A DNA stretch of 64,000 nucleotides, taken from assembly GCA_964525295.1 (NCBI GenBank), contig CAZGEO010000002.1, forward strand, positions 65,230 through 129,229, written 5' to 3'. Under the pieces are notes generated by a model. The model saw only the letters and a program-made list of their open reading frames with translations, had not been told where the DNA came from and searched no databases. Origin of the DNA: an uncultured Candidatus Saccharibacteria bacterium. Its GTDB lineage: Bacteria > Patescibacteriota > Dojkabacteria > GCA-002793355. Positions 8,307 through 17,383 of the stretch are shown here, in pieces. The position numbers and the translations under genes were made by a program. Each line of letters begins with the position of its first letter. The stretch's first letter is position 1.

Positions 8307-9425
8307 ATGCAGAAAAATAGAGTATTGTTTGTAGCTTCTCCATGGTTGGGAGGAAGCGGTACTGTGGCGTATCGATTAGCTGAAGAAATTGAGAAAAAAG
8401 GCTGGGAGGTTCATTTTCTGTCATATGAAAAGCCTTTTAAATCGACGATGGAAAGCAAAATTGTTTATCATTTGGTGAAAGGGTACGAATATCCATTGTT
8501 CCCCTTTCCCATGTATGAACTCGCGCTAGCAGAAGAGATCGTGAAGACGGTTGTCGAGAATGACATTGCAGTTATTGCTGTGCATTATGGTATTTTGTTT
8601 GGCCATGCGGCAATGGTTGCGAAAAGTATACTCGCAACCTATGGGAGGAAAGTAAAGGTAGTTTTAACGATGCACGGGAGCGATGTTTTGGGATTTGATT
8701 TAGAAAAACCAGGAACAATTTTACCAAAGCACTTAAATAATTGGGTATTAGATTCTGCAGACCATATTACCGTAGCTTCAAAAGCTTTGCGTAAGTCGAT
8801 TCACGACATCAATGGGAAGTTCAGGGAGATTCAGCTCGTTCCGAATTTTATTGATGAATCGATCTATTATCCGAGCGATTTGAAAGTGAAAAAGAAGAAT
8901 ATTTGTATTCATATTTCGAACTATCGGAAAGTGAAGCAGCCACTTATTGTTGTGAAGGCATTCGAGCAGGTACAGAAGTCAATTCCCGATGCTGAGTTAT
9001 GGTTGGTTGGCGAAGGTCCACTATTAAGTGAAGCAATGAATTATGTCACGGCAAACGATATAAAGAATGTTACGCAATGTGGCAAAATTGATAGCGAATC
9101 CGAAATAGCTGCGATTTTGCGTAAATCAAAGGTGATGCTGTTACCTTCAATTTTTGAGAACTTTTCACTTGTAGCAATTGAAGCTCAGGCATGTGGGATT
9201 CCTGTAGTTGCTTCAAATACAGGAGGAATCCCTGAAGTCGTAATCGATACCAAAACAGGGTTCCTGAGCAATCCTCAAGATTTTGAATCGATGGCACAAA
9301 ATATTGTGAGCCTCTTAACAAACGAGGATGTGTACAGAAAGGTGAGTAGGGCTGCAGTTGCGAATGCACAACTGTACAAAATCGTTGAAGTCGCAGACCA
9401 GTACATAAGGCTTTTCAGACACTGA
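8307..9425 (+). CDS. GT4-family retaining glycosyltransferase of the BshA/MshA type
   Basis: N-terminal SPWLGGSGTVAYRLAEEIEKKGWEVHF resembles BshA/MshA. C-terminal LLPSIFENFSLVAIEAQACGIPVV carries the EX7E motif. The start was moved to the ATG at 8307 from the ORF-track start at 8262. Confidence 0.75.
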   Translation: MQKNRVLFVASPWLGGSGTVAYRLAEEIEKKGWEVHFLSYEKPFKSTMESKIVYHLVKGYEYPLFPFPMYELALAEEIVKTVVENDIAVIAVHYGILFGHAAMVAKSILATYGRKVKVVLTMHGSDVLGFDLEKPGTILPKHLNNWVLDSADHITVASKALRKSIHDINGKFREIQLVPNFIDESIYYPSDLKVKKKNICIHISNYRKVKQPLIVVKAFEQVQKSIPDAELWLVGEGPLLSEAMNYVTANDIKNVTQCGKIDSESEIAAILRKSKVMLLPSIFENFSLVAIEAQACGIPVVASNTGGIPEVVIDTKTGFLSNPQDFESMAQNIVSLLTNEDVYRKVSRAAVANAQLYKIVEVADQYIRLFRH

Positions 9426-9443
9426 ATCTCATAAGTATGATAT

Positions 9444-10904
9444 TTACCATAACTTCCTATCCACCAAATAGTGATACAGGTAGTAGCCCTTTTTGCTTAA
9501 ATAGCCAAGGTTGTACAGTTCGGTCGCTCGTTCTATGCCAATGTAGCGAATATGCCATGGCTCATACGTGTAGCCAGTGTATGGTTGGGAACCGTCAGGA
9601 TACGAAATGACAAAGCCAAATTCGTGAGCATGAGCTTTTAAGTATGCATACGCAGTATTATTTGCTGAACTATATAGATTGCATGGGGCGGGGCAGCCCA
9701 TTATATCGAGAGTCGTGCCTAATTGATGCTCAGATTGCCCGGGTCGTGCTGAATAGGTATTTGCTTTTTCGATTGCCCGGGCGTAGGAAAGTCCATTTTT
9801 GACCTCTGTATTTACATAAGAATTGAACAAGGATTCCTGTACCGCAAAAGAGCGGTATGATGAGGAAACTCTGATGTAGCCAACGCCTTTGGCGTTGGCA
9901 TCTGCAAACATTTTTTGTAGTGCATCTCGAGTTTCGGGAGTAACGAAACCTCCGCCAGTAACGCCAGTTGCTACTACTTGCGGTGCGTACCACGAGGGTA
10001 ATGCATAGTTCTTACTTACAGGTGCAAGCCAGCAATTTTTACAGTTTAGTGGAATAGCGTTGGTTCCTGCCGAGGCTGGCTGAGGTTTGGCGCATAACGA
10101 GTTAATTGTTGCAAAGACTTTGTCGAATACGTAGGTTTTAGATTCTTTGAGATAGAGTATTGGAATTACACCAGTAACATCGCAGTTACTCTGTTTGATG
10201 GTGATTGTGGCAATTGAAACGCTATCGGCATTTTCTTCAATAGTGTCGTTAATATGATAGAGAATTTTGGCATCAAGGCGATAAGAAAGATCTGAAATTT
10301 CAACCAATTTGTCGATATTTTTCATCTCTTCTGGTGAAAATAGTGGAAGTAGGGCAGTTTTGTCTTTTTTGGGTAACTTATCTTTGAAAACTGCCCATTT
10401 TTGATTGAATTCCTCTAATAAATGTTCTTCGTTTTTTGTACCTGCATAAACGATTTCATTTGTGGGCTCTTTTATGATGTTTCCTGGTACTGAATAGTCA
10501 CTTGCAATGATGCCATTGATAGTTAATCTGTGGTAATTGCGTTGATAAACGCCATCAACGCCCTGCGGAAAACGATAATTATGATCAACTAAAAAATTTT
10601 CGTCAATTTGCCGGCTTGTTGAAAACGGTACAGGTTGCTCTTGTGTGGTAATTATCTCATCGGTTGCTGAAATATCATATTTTCGCAGTTCAGTTGCCAC
10701 AAGAGGCAAATTTGAGGCATTAGTGTGCCCTACTAAGCGTAATGCTAGCGTGAGCGTTTCTTCTTGTGTTTGTGGTGTGTTGTTTTTTAATAATGCCCAC
10801 GCAAGTACCCTATTGAAAGGAGATAACTCCCAGGCAAGCATAACAGCCATAATAGAGGCTGCAAGAAACAGGCTTGCAATGAGAATTAGGCGTTTTACTG
10901 GCAT
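9444..10904 (-). CDS. Membrane-anchored peptidase M15 (VanY-type D-Ala-D-Ala carboxypeptidase)
   Basis: N-terminal TM helix. C-terminal SEHQLGTTLD and EPWHIRY motifs are the zinc-binding motifs of the M15B/VanY family. Confidence 0.8.
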   Translation of the reverse strand: MPVKRLILIASLFLAASIMAVMLAWELSPFNRVLAWALLKNNTPQTQEETLTLALRLVGHTNASNLPLVATELRKYDISATDEIITTQEQPVPFSTSRQIDENFLVDHNYRFPQGVDGVYQRNYHRLTINGIIASDYSVPGNIIKEPTNEIVYAGTKNEEHLLEEFNQKWAVFKDKLPKKDKTALLPLFSPEEMKNIDKLVEISDLSYRLDAKILYHINDTIEENADSVSIATITIKQSNCDVTGVIPILYLKESKTYVFDKVFATINSLCAKPQPASAGTNAIPLNCKNCWLAPVSKNYALPSWYAPQVVATGVTGGGFVTPETRDALQKMFADANAKGVGYIRVSSSYRSFAVQESLFNSYVNTEVKNGLSYARAIEKANTYSARPGQSEHQLGTTLDIMGCPAPCNLYSSANNTAYAYLKAHAHEFGFVISYPDGSQPYTGYTYEPWHIRYIGIERATELYNLGYLSKKGYYLYHYLVDRKLW

Positions 10905-10954
10905 GTAGCATTATAGAGTAAAGAGGGTAGTTATTCAAAATCTTTACTGGACAA

Positions 10955-12319
10955 TTAAGTTCTTTTTGACTTATGTCTGTGTCGTTTGTTTTTTTCTTGT
11001 GCTGGGGCGTCGGCATCTGTTGCGAGTCTGAATTCTTTAGGCATGAGTGAATAAACTATTTCTTGCGCAACTAGAAAAGCTAATCGACGTGTAGCAATCT
11101 CTGTCGCATATTTGGCATCTTCAGTTTGCTTATTTTTTGTTTCAATACCGCACATCGCAGATTCTGCAAGAACATATAATGCATTTTTGGCATCTTCATC
11201 CTCGACTTTATGGGTGAAATTTTGTAAGTTTACAGCATAATGGATATCATCTTTTCCTAAATATCCACGTACAAAATGATTCGCAGCAGAATTAATTTGT
11301 TGGTGGAGTTGATCAATAAGATTCCTAACATCGGTAGTATCAGCTGGAAATCGTGCACATTTGAACCGTTTAATGAATACCGAAAAATCTTTCTTTAGTG
11401 CATGTTGAAGTGTAAGAATTAATCCTTTTGCATAAGGGGAGGCCAGAACTGATGAATCGTTTTCAAAGTCTAATAAGTCAGCAGTACCAGTAAATTTTGA
11501 ACCTCTGGTAAATCTTGAAATATCAACAGTATCTTCGAAGTCAGTTAACGCAATCTTGAACGAAGTCATTCTATTTTGGGCAATTATATATCTATTACCA
11601 AAGTGAAGCTGAGGGTGGCATTCACCGATTGCTGCTAACTCACCAATAGCGCGATACGTTGTTGCTAGGCAGGAGTCCCATCCATATAATTCAATTCCTT
11701 CGTAATAATCAATAACTTTCCCCCCGTTTATTGTGTAAACACCAGTTGCAAATCTTGTAGGCCTATTGTCGATAGAATATTCAAATGCAGCGATGTATTC
11801 TGGAATTATAAGGTTAGTTGAGCCATTTCGACTTCTGTTAAGTTTTTTAACCTTATTATACGCACGTTGCGTATTCAAAACTTTTTCTCTCAGCGAGTCA
11901 GAATAGTAACCTCCACGTGGACTTTGATCGTTAACAAAAGTAACTTCACCGTTTGCTGAAATTACCGCTGATTGAATAACTAAATTACCTCCAGGTAGAT
12001 AAGGCATTTCAGATACTGGTAATGAGATTGGTAGCTCTGTGAAGGATTGCCCTTGTTTTCGAAATCTTCCCCCGTTTATTACAAAGAATCTTGGTAATCC
12101 AGGTGCATTAGATACTGCGATAAGATTTCGCGTTGTTTCGTTAGGAACGAATTCGCGTGTTTCATACACGTTTTTTGGGTAAGTTCCTTTTTCCAGCCAT
12201 TCATCAAGTAATGCTATCAATTCTTGCGATGGTTTTGGAATTGATTCAACTAAGGGGCTTGGTGAGGTAATAGTACAAACTCTTGTCGAATCTGTGAGTA
12301 TCTCAGTTTTCATCTTCAC
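10955..12319 (-). CDS. Hypothetical protein with an aminoglycoside-phosphotransferase-like kinase fold and a substituted catalytic Asp
   Basis: ECHPQLHFGN aligns to the APH-family catalytic loop CHGDLHPGN with GD replaced by PQ. Downstream LTDFED resembles the metal-binding IDFE. Calling this a pseudokinase is an inference. Confidence 0.4.
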   Translation of the reverse strand: MKMKTEILTDSTRVCTITSPSPLVESIPKPSQELIALLDEWLEKGTYPKNVYETREFVPNETTRNLIAVSNAPGLPRFFVINGGRFRKQGQSFTELPISLPVSEMPYLPGGNLVIQSAVISANGEVTFVNDQSPRGGYYSDSLREKVLNTQRAYNKVKKLNRSRNGSTNLIIPEYIAAFEYSIDNRPTRFATGVYTINGGKVIDYYEGIELYGWDSCLATTYRAIGELAAIGECHPQLHFGNRYIIAQNRMTSFKIALTDFEDTVDISRFTRGSKFTGTADLLDFENDSSVLASPYAKGLILTLQHALKKDFSVFIKRFKCARFPADTTDVRNLIDQLHQQINSAANHFVRGYLGKDDIHYAVNLQNFTHKVEDEDAKNALYVLAESAMCGIETKNKQTEDAKYATEIATRRLAFLVAQEIVYSLMPKEFRLATDADAPAQEKNKRHRHKSKRT

Positions 12320-13187
12320 ACCCGATTAATTTTGCCATTTTTTGCAAGATTGCAAAATATTCTTTATTGTATTTGTTTTCTGGTTCAACCGCACTAGGTA
12401 TTGGATTTCTTGCTGGTGATAAATATATAGCCGGGATGGTAATGACTTGACCTGGGTCAAATGCACCATGAAGTACATTTGCAAGAGCACCGCTTGGCGT
12501 TTGTGACGTACCATTGGTATCGTGAATAAGATAGTAAATGTTTGTACTCTGTTTAATAATTCTTGTGCATATTTCATCAATTGAACGTCCGAATGGGAAA
12601 TTCAGCAACATTGAGTGAAAGCCTTCTCTTTTGGACTCTATGAGTTCCTTAATTACGTTGAAATATTTTTCGAACCACTCAACCATTTTATTACTCTCTA
12701 CAGTCGGACGTTCTTTTAATACTGAATCTAGAGCTTTAGTTTCAAAATTATTTAGAAATATTCTTTGAAACATTGATGTTGCCGTAAATATTCCGCTGGT
12801 ATGATAGCCTCCGACGTATGCACTCTTCACGTCTTCTCGACCTAAGACATGTATCTTTAATATCGTATTGGCACTTCTTTCAGTAAAAACATGTTGGCGC
12901 ACTACGACAGGAAGGTCGCTTATGTCATTTTGGTCGCAATGAGTTGCAATAACTGGAACCATTCTTACCTCACTACCTTTGATGTTTTTTACTTCTACCG
13001 CAATGTAACCAATACCTGCGAATTGATCAGGATCGATGATTTCAAGCGTTCTCATCGGCAGAATTGCATTGTTATATCGGTCAATAATTCTATTTTCGAG
13101 CTTGGTAATATTTTCGCGCGTGGCTGGGATATTTTTGTGATTTGGTCCAGTTGGAGAAAATTTTGCATCGTAAAGAGGAGCCATCAA
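12303..13187 (-). CDS. Hypothetical protein, 294 aa
   Basis: Long ORF that overlaps the downstream gene by 17 nt. No recognisable motif. Confidence 0.55.
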   Translation of the reverse strand: MMAPLYDAKFSPTGPNHKNIPATRENITKLENRIIDRYNNAILPMRTLEIIDPDQFAGIGYIAVEVKNIKGSEVRMVPVIATHCDQNDISDLPVVVRQHVFTERSANTILKIHVLGREDVKSAYVGGYHTSGIFTATSMFQRIFLNNFETKALDSVLKERPTVESNKMVEWFEKYFNVIKELIESKREGFHSMLLNFPFGRSIDEICTRIIKQSTNIYYLIHDTNGTSQTPSGALANVLHGAFDPGQVITIPAIYLSPARNPIPSAVEPENKYNKEYFAILQKMAKLIGCEDEN

Positions 13188-13272
13188 TAATTTTATTATA
13201 TTATCCTGTAGTGTATTTTATTTCTTTTGGGATTTATTGTCAAAGTTACTCAGTTAAGATGATCGCTTGAGA

Positions 13273-15075
13273 CTAAAAACGTTCATTTAATGCTAAGTGC
13301 GCTACTGCAACAAGCCTTAATGCATCTAGTTCGTATTCATTTATTGGTACTTTGACGATTATTTGCTCAAGTTGTCTCCAATACGTTTCAAATAATTCTG
13401 GGCGCAACGCTTTATTACATAAACCTGCAGCAGTCTCTAAAATGCTTATTCGGTATGCTTTTTCGACATTAAGTACTTTTTCAAAAAAATTGTTTGCGTT
13501 AAACCACGTTGGGTGAATCTCGTTTTTTGCTGAAATTTTATAGGTAGCAAGGGCAACAGTATCGCTATTCCGCGATTCATTCCAAAGTTGTTCGGCAAGT
13601 TCGGCACGCTCCGCGTATTTTGGTGGCGCATATTGCATAAAGTGTTCCGTATTGCCCGTGCGTATCAATTGAATGAATTGTGCAATATGCGTGTGATTTT
13701 CATGTTTCATGGTATTGGTGTATTTCGCAATATCCTGGAAGTCAAGTGGTTCTGGTAATCGTTTGTACCGATTGTTTTGAAGTTGTAACTTCTTATCGTA
13801 TTTTTTGAAAAGTGAGTCTCGGCTTCTTGCAATATTTTTTCTAGTCTGAGCGTATGGTTCTTGCGTATATTTTTGTTGTAATTCATGCGCAATTGCGTAG
13901 TAAATTTTTTGGTCAAAATAGGGCACGAAACGCGACAGAATTACAGCTACTTCGTTTGGATTAGGGCAGATATCTTGTAAAAGTACAGCAAGATATTTTG
14001 CTCGATGTGAATCGAGCTCTTTTTTGGTAAATAATCTGAGAACTGGGGCGGGGGGTGGGGCAAGGCGTCGTAATGATTTTGCCGTAAGCATTATTTCGAT
14101 ATCTACAGGAGTGATCTCTTTGAATGGAGTTCTCTGCAGGCTGTATGGCGCAAAATCGCTGAAAAATACTAAATCGCCGGCATCTGCAAAGCCATATTCA
14201 GAGTCTTTGAAGAATTGTTGATTGTGTGAAGAGGCTTCATCGTATACTGCGCCGGCCTTTAGTAAATGAATCACCGTTTTTGCAACGTGTGCAAAACCAT
14301 TATCTCTAATTAATTCTTTTGCATGTGCAGGAATCATTTCACCTCTGACTCGTACCCGTGGTACTCGTTTTTCACCAGGTGATAGTGAGCCTAATGTGAC
14401 TACTTTCGGTAGTTCATCTTCGCGAAAAGCCTTCGGCTTTTCGCGTACTTTTCTGAAACGCTCATACAAATTGGCTAATCTTTCATTAAGTACGGGTAAT
14501 TCTGCTATGGCAAAGGGTATATGAAATTTTCTATTTGCAAGAAAATTTGTTGTGGTTTCGCTTTGCCAGGTATGAGTGTTCCCGATGATTGCTAGGGCAT
14601 TGATCATTTCGAACAAAGCTTCTTCTTCATACAATGCGCCGGCAACACGTGGATGGGCAGTAGATTCCATGAAAAGTTCCATAGGTTTTATTGGATATGC
14701 AAATCCAGCACTATCTAGCTCCTCTCGTTCAAGTGTAACGTCATTCCCGTCACCTTTAACTGTTACTGTGAGTTTTGTGTTCTTGTCGATGACAATTTTG
14801 TGTGAACTGGATCTACCTTCTCGGTGAACTTCCCCTTTTTTTCCTTTTCGTGTTGGGGCAAGAAATAGTATTGGCGTGAGTTTTGCCACAACTGTGGCTA
14901 ATCCATTAGCGATTTCTTTAGGAAATCCTGCTATTTTTAAATCTTCGCAATAATTCCTTTTGTAGGCTTCAATTGTTTTTTCGCTATCTTTAGGTTTAAT
15001 ACGACCTGTATATAAAGAATTGCGTTTTGATGATAACTCCGGGAGATTTTCAAAAATAGGCGCCGGTATTGGCAT
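13273..15075 (-). CDS. Hypothetical protein, 600 aa
   Basis: Long ORF. No recognisable motif. Confidence 0.55.
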   Translation of the reverse strand: MPIPAPIFENLPELSSKRNSLYTGRIKPKDSEKTIEAYKRNYCEDLKIAGFPKEIANGLATVVAKLTPILFLAPTRKGKKGEVHREGRSSSHKIVIDKNTKLTVTVKGDGNDVTLEREELDSAGFAYPIKPMELFMESTAHPRVAGALYEEEALFEMINALAIIGNTHTWQSETTTNFLANRKFHIPFAIAELPVLNERLANLYERFRKVREKPKAFREDELPKVVTLGSLSPGEKRVPRVRVRGEMIPAHAKELIRDNGFAHVAKTVIHLLKAGAVYDEASSHNQQFFKDSEYGFADAGDLVFFSDFAPYSLQRTPFKEITPVDIEIMLTAKSLRRLAPPPAPVLRLFTKKELDSHRAKYLAVLLQDICPNPNEVAVILSRFVPYFDQKIYYAIAHELQQKYTQEPYAQTRKNIARSRDSLFKKYDKKLQLQNNRYKRLPEPLDFQDIAKYTNTMKHENHTHIAQFIQLIRTGNTEHFMQYAPPKYAERAELAEQLWNESRNSDTVALATYKISAKNEIHPTWFNANNFFEKVLNVEKAYRISILETAAGLCNKALRPELFETYWRQLEQIIVKVPINEYELDALRLVAVAHLALNERF

Positions 15076-15187
15076 TATAAATGATGCTGTCTACTTATTG
15101 TGAATTGTAGCCGAAAATACCAGATAAAGTCAACGGTATGTTATCTCGTAAGTGGAGAACAGCATACTCAGGGTGATATTCCTTTAA

Positions 15188-16192
15188 CTACGACCTGCAC
15201 TGGTCTTGAATTTTCTGGAAAACTTGTCCGAGAGTATTTGCAAACCTTCCTCGATCGACACTCAGGTTATATGCTTCGTTATTGTTTAATGTTTCAGGAT
15301 GAGTGGTGTTGGTTTGAAACGGATCTGTACCGTATGCATCGACTTCGAAATCAATTGCTATGTTCGGCGAAATACTTCCACCCCCAAGTAAATCAGCTTT
15401 GTCGGTAAAACCTACTTGATCTTCTGGGGATAACTGAGTTTTGTAGTAAATAAGAGTTTTTTCGTTTTTTCTAAAGAATCTCTCAACGCGGGAAGGTTTT
15501 TTTACAACAACATTAGTTTTTTCGCCAGAAGTATAGATTTTGTATGGAAATCCAACGATAGTTAACCTGTTAAGGTCAGGATTTACTTTCCAGAAATTTT
15601 CTCTGTGCAACAGTTCATTCGGGAGTGTTTCGCCTCCACTTTGTCTTTCTATCCATGAAAGATCTTGAACTCCTGGTAGAGGTAAGTCGTCCATTTCTTC
15701 TAATTTTGTTCCATCTGGATAACTTTCATATTTTGGAACAGAAATTGCTTGTATAAGACTTGTTGGTCTATAAACACCACTTGCGCCATCGAACGTACAA
15801 ATAGCGGTCGCTGTTCTAACGGAGGCATTTTGAACTACGTACATTCTTGCTAATACGGCACCTTCAGGCAAATTCTCAAGGAGTTCCTTTGGTATAGATT
15901 TACTTTCATCTGGCTCTAATCTTCGTAAAATAAATGGAATTGGCTTTTCACCGACTTCTTGCTGAAGTCGCTCCCCCGAGGGGGAAACTTTTTCGATTGT
16001 ACCTGTTGCGAGTATTGGTGTTCGGCCTGTAGCTGCTTCGGGGGAGAATTTGTTGTATTCAGGGTTTCTGTCTTTGTAGATTCCGATAATTTCATTGATT
16101 AAATCAGTCGCTTGCTTGACTCTTTCATCTGCAGAATGAATGTCTTCCAGAGGTTTTCTTTCAGACTTTGTTGGTTCAAAAAGTGGTGCCAT
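15188..16192 (-). CDS. Hypothetical protein, 334 aa
   Basis: Long ORF. No recognisable motif. Confidence 0.55.
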   Translation of the reverse strand: MAPLFEPTKSERKPLEDIHSADERVKQATDLINEIIGIYKDRNPEYNKFSPEAATGRTPILATGTIEKVSPSGERLQQEVGEKPIPFILRRLEPDESKSIPKELLENLPEGAVLARMYVVQNASVRTATAICTFDGASGVYRPTSLIQAISVPKYESYPDGTKLEEMDDLPLPGVQDLSWIERQSGGETLPNELLHRENFWKVNPDLNRLTIVGFPYKIYTSGEKTNVVVKKPSRVERFFRKNEKTLIYYKTQLSPEDQVGFTDKADLLGGGSISPNIAIDFEVDAYGTDPFQTNTTHPETLNNNEAYNLSVDRGRFANTLGQVFQKIQDQCRS

Positions 16193-16253
16193 GTAGTATT
16201 ATACTAAATTTTGGGGAGGTTAGACAATATCCTTTGCTTCGAATTGAATAATA

Positions 16254-16262
16254 TGGGATAAT
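16254..16262 (+). promoter_or_regulatory. Extended -10 TGgGATAAT, 5 nt before the ATG at 16268
   Basis: Fits the leaderless promoter pattern recurring in this window. Confidence 0.35.
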
Positions 16263-17296
16263 TGCACATGGGAAGATCTACTCCTCGTTCGCGATCGCAC
16301 GAGAATGAAGTTGAAGCAATTCTAGGGCAAGGTATTTCAGGTGCTCCAGTTATGCAGGTAAAAATGTCTGAGGGGCGATTTGCTTTAAAATTTGTGAATG
16401 GTGAAAAGGATTCTATCGAAGCTAAGATTCATGAGAAATGTCGAAAAGCCCAATTAGATAAAAACGGTCCAATCTTTTATTCACCAAAAACTATAGAAGT
16501 ATCTGAAAAACTGCGTACTAGGTCTCTTGAGATGTTTATAAATTATGAAGCAGCGAATTTGAGGATTCAGCCAGAGCTTTTAAGAACACAACTTGAAGCG
16601 AAAATTGTAGATAGGGGGCTAATATTGCAGTCAATACACTACAATGCATTGAAAAATGCAAAAATTGCATTTCTTTTTCCTATTGTTCAAGAGGGCTCTT
16701 GCGAACAAACATTAGCACTTATTGCGGCAAGCCATGATACTAAATCTAATAGGGCGAGCATTTTAGATAAAGAGCTCTTGATAAGTACTGTGTATAGAGT
16801 AGCAACTGCCCTGGATTGGTTGAAATGCGAAGGGTATATTCATGATGATTTGTCACTCGCAAATATGTTTGGTGTAGGTGATAAAACTCAGCTAGCTGAT
16901 TTTTCAAATGCAAAGGCAATTAGTGGCAATAACGAAAAACGCCAGCGAGAGCAATTTGTTCGATTAATTAGAGCACTGGCCGTTTCCGAAGGGTATTTCA
17001 ATATATTAATTGCAATTTTCTTACTTCAAGGGAAAGAGTCTCCTGTTGCCAATATGTATCGAAAAGATATTGATATTCCAAAGCAATTGAATATGTTTTC
17101 CGTCTTAGTAAGACCTCAATTTCCTATGCCCGCACCTGACGGAAAAAATGTCGATTCGTGGTTAGTTGCACTCGAAGCAAAATTCCAGACAGAATTTATT
17201 AAGGAATTAGGGGATAAATGGATCGTATCGGGAGAGAGTTACGAAGCGTTTGCTCAACAATTGATACCAAGATTTCGAAAAGCACTTGTTGATTAG
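16262..17296 (+). CDS. Protein-kinase-like protein of the eukaryotic-type kinase fold
   Basis: Gly-rich loop LGQGISGAPV, Lys in FALKF, catalytic-loop YIHDDLSLAN (an HxDxxxxN pattern) and DFG-like LADFS. The ORF-track start is a TTG; the first ATG is at 16268. Confidence 0.55.
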   Translation: MHMGRSTPRSRSHENEVEAILGQGISGAPVMQVKMSEGRFALKFVNGEKDSIEAKIHEKCRKAQLDKNGPIFYSPKTIEVSEKLRTRSLEMFINYEAANLRIQPELLRTQLEAKIVDRGLILQSIHYNALKNAKIAFLFPIVQEGSCEQTLALIAASHDTKSNRASILDKELLISTVYRVATALDWLKCEGYIHDDLSLANMFGVGDKTQLADFSNAKAISGNNEKRQREQFVRLIRALAVSEGYFNILIAIFLLQGKESPVANMYRKDIDIPKQLNMFSVLVRPQFPMPAPDGKNVDSWLVALEAKFQTEFIKELGDKWIVSGESYEAFAQQLIPRFRKALVD

Positions 17297-17302
17297 AGGG
17301 TT

Positions 17303-17358
17303 TCAATAAATTTCTAGCCTTACCACCCATTCCCCGTTTTCAATTTTCTAGGTAAGTA
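17303..17358. repeat. Copy A of a 56-bp imperfect direct repeat; the partner copy is at 19660-19715
   Basis: 48 of 56 nt are identical to 19660-19715. Copy A is a decayed duplicate of the 3' end of the minus-strand gene 19660-20670, with a stop codon in frame. Confidence 0.7.
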
Positions 17359-17383
17359 GTCTCAAATTGTGGCATAATTACAT

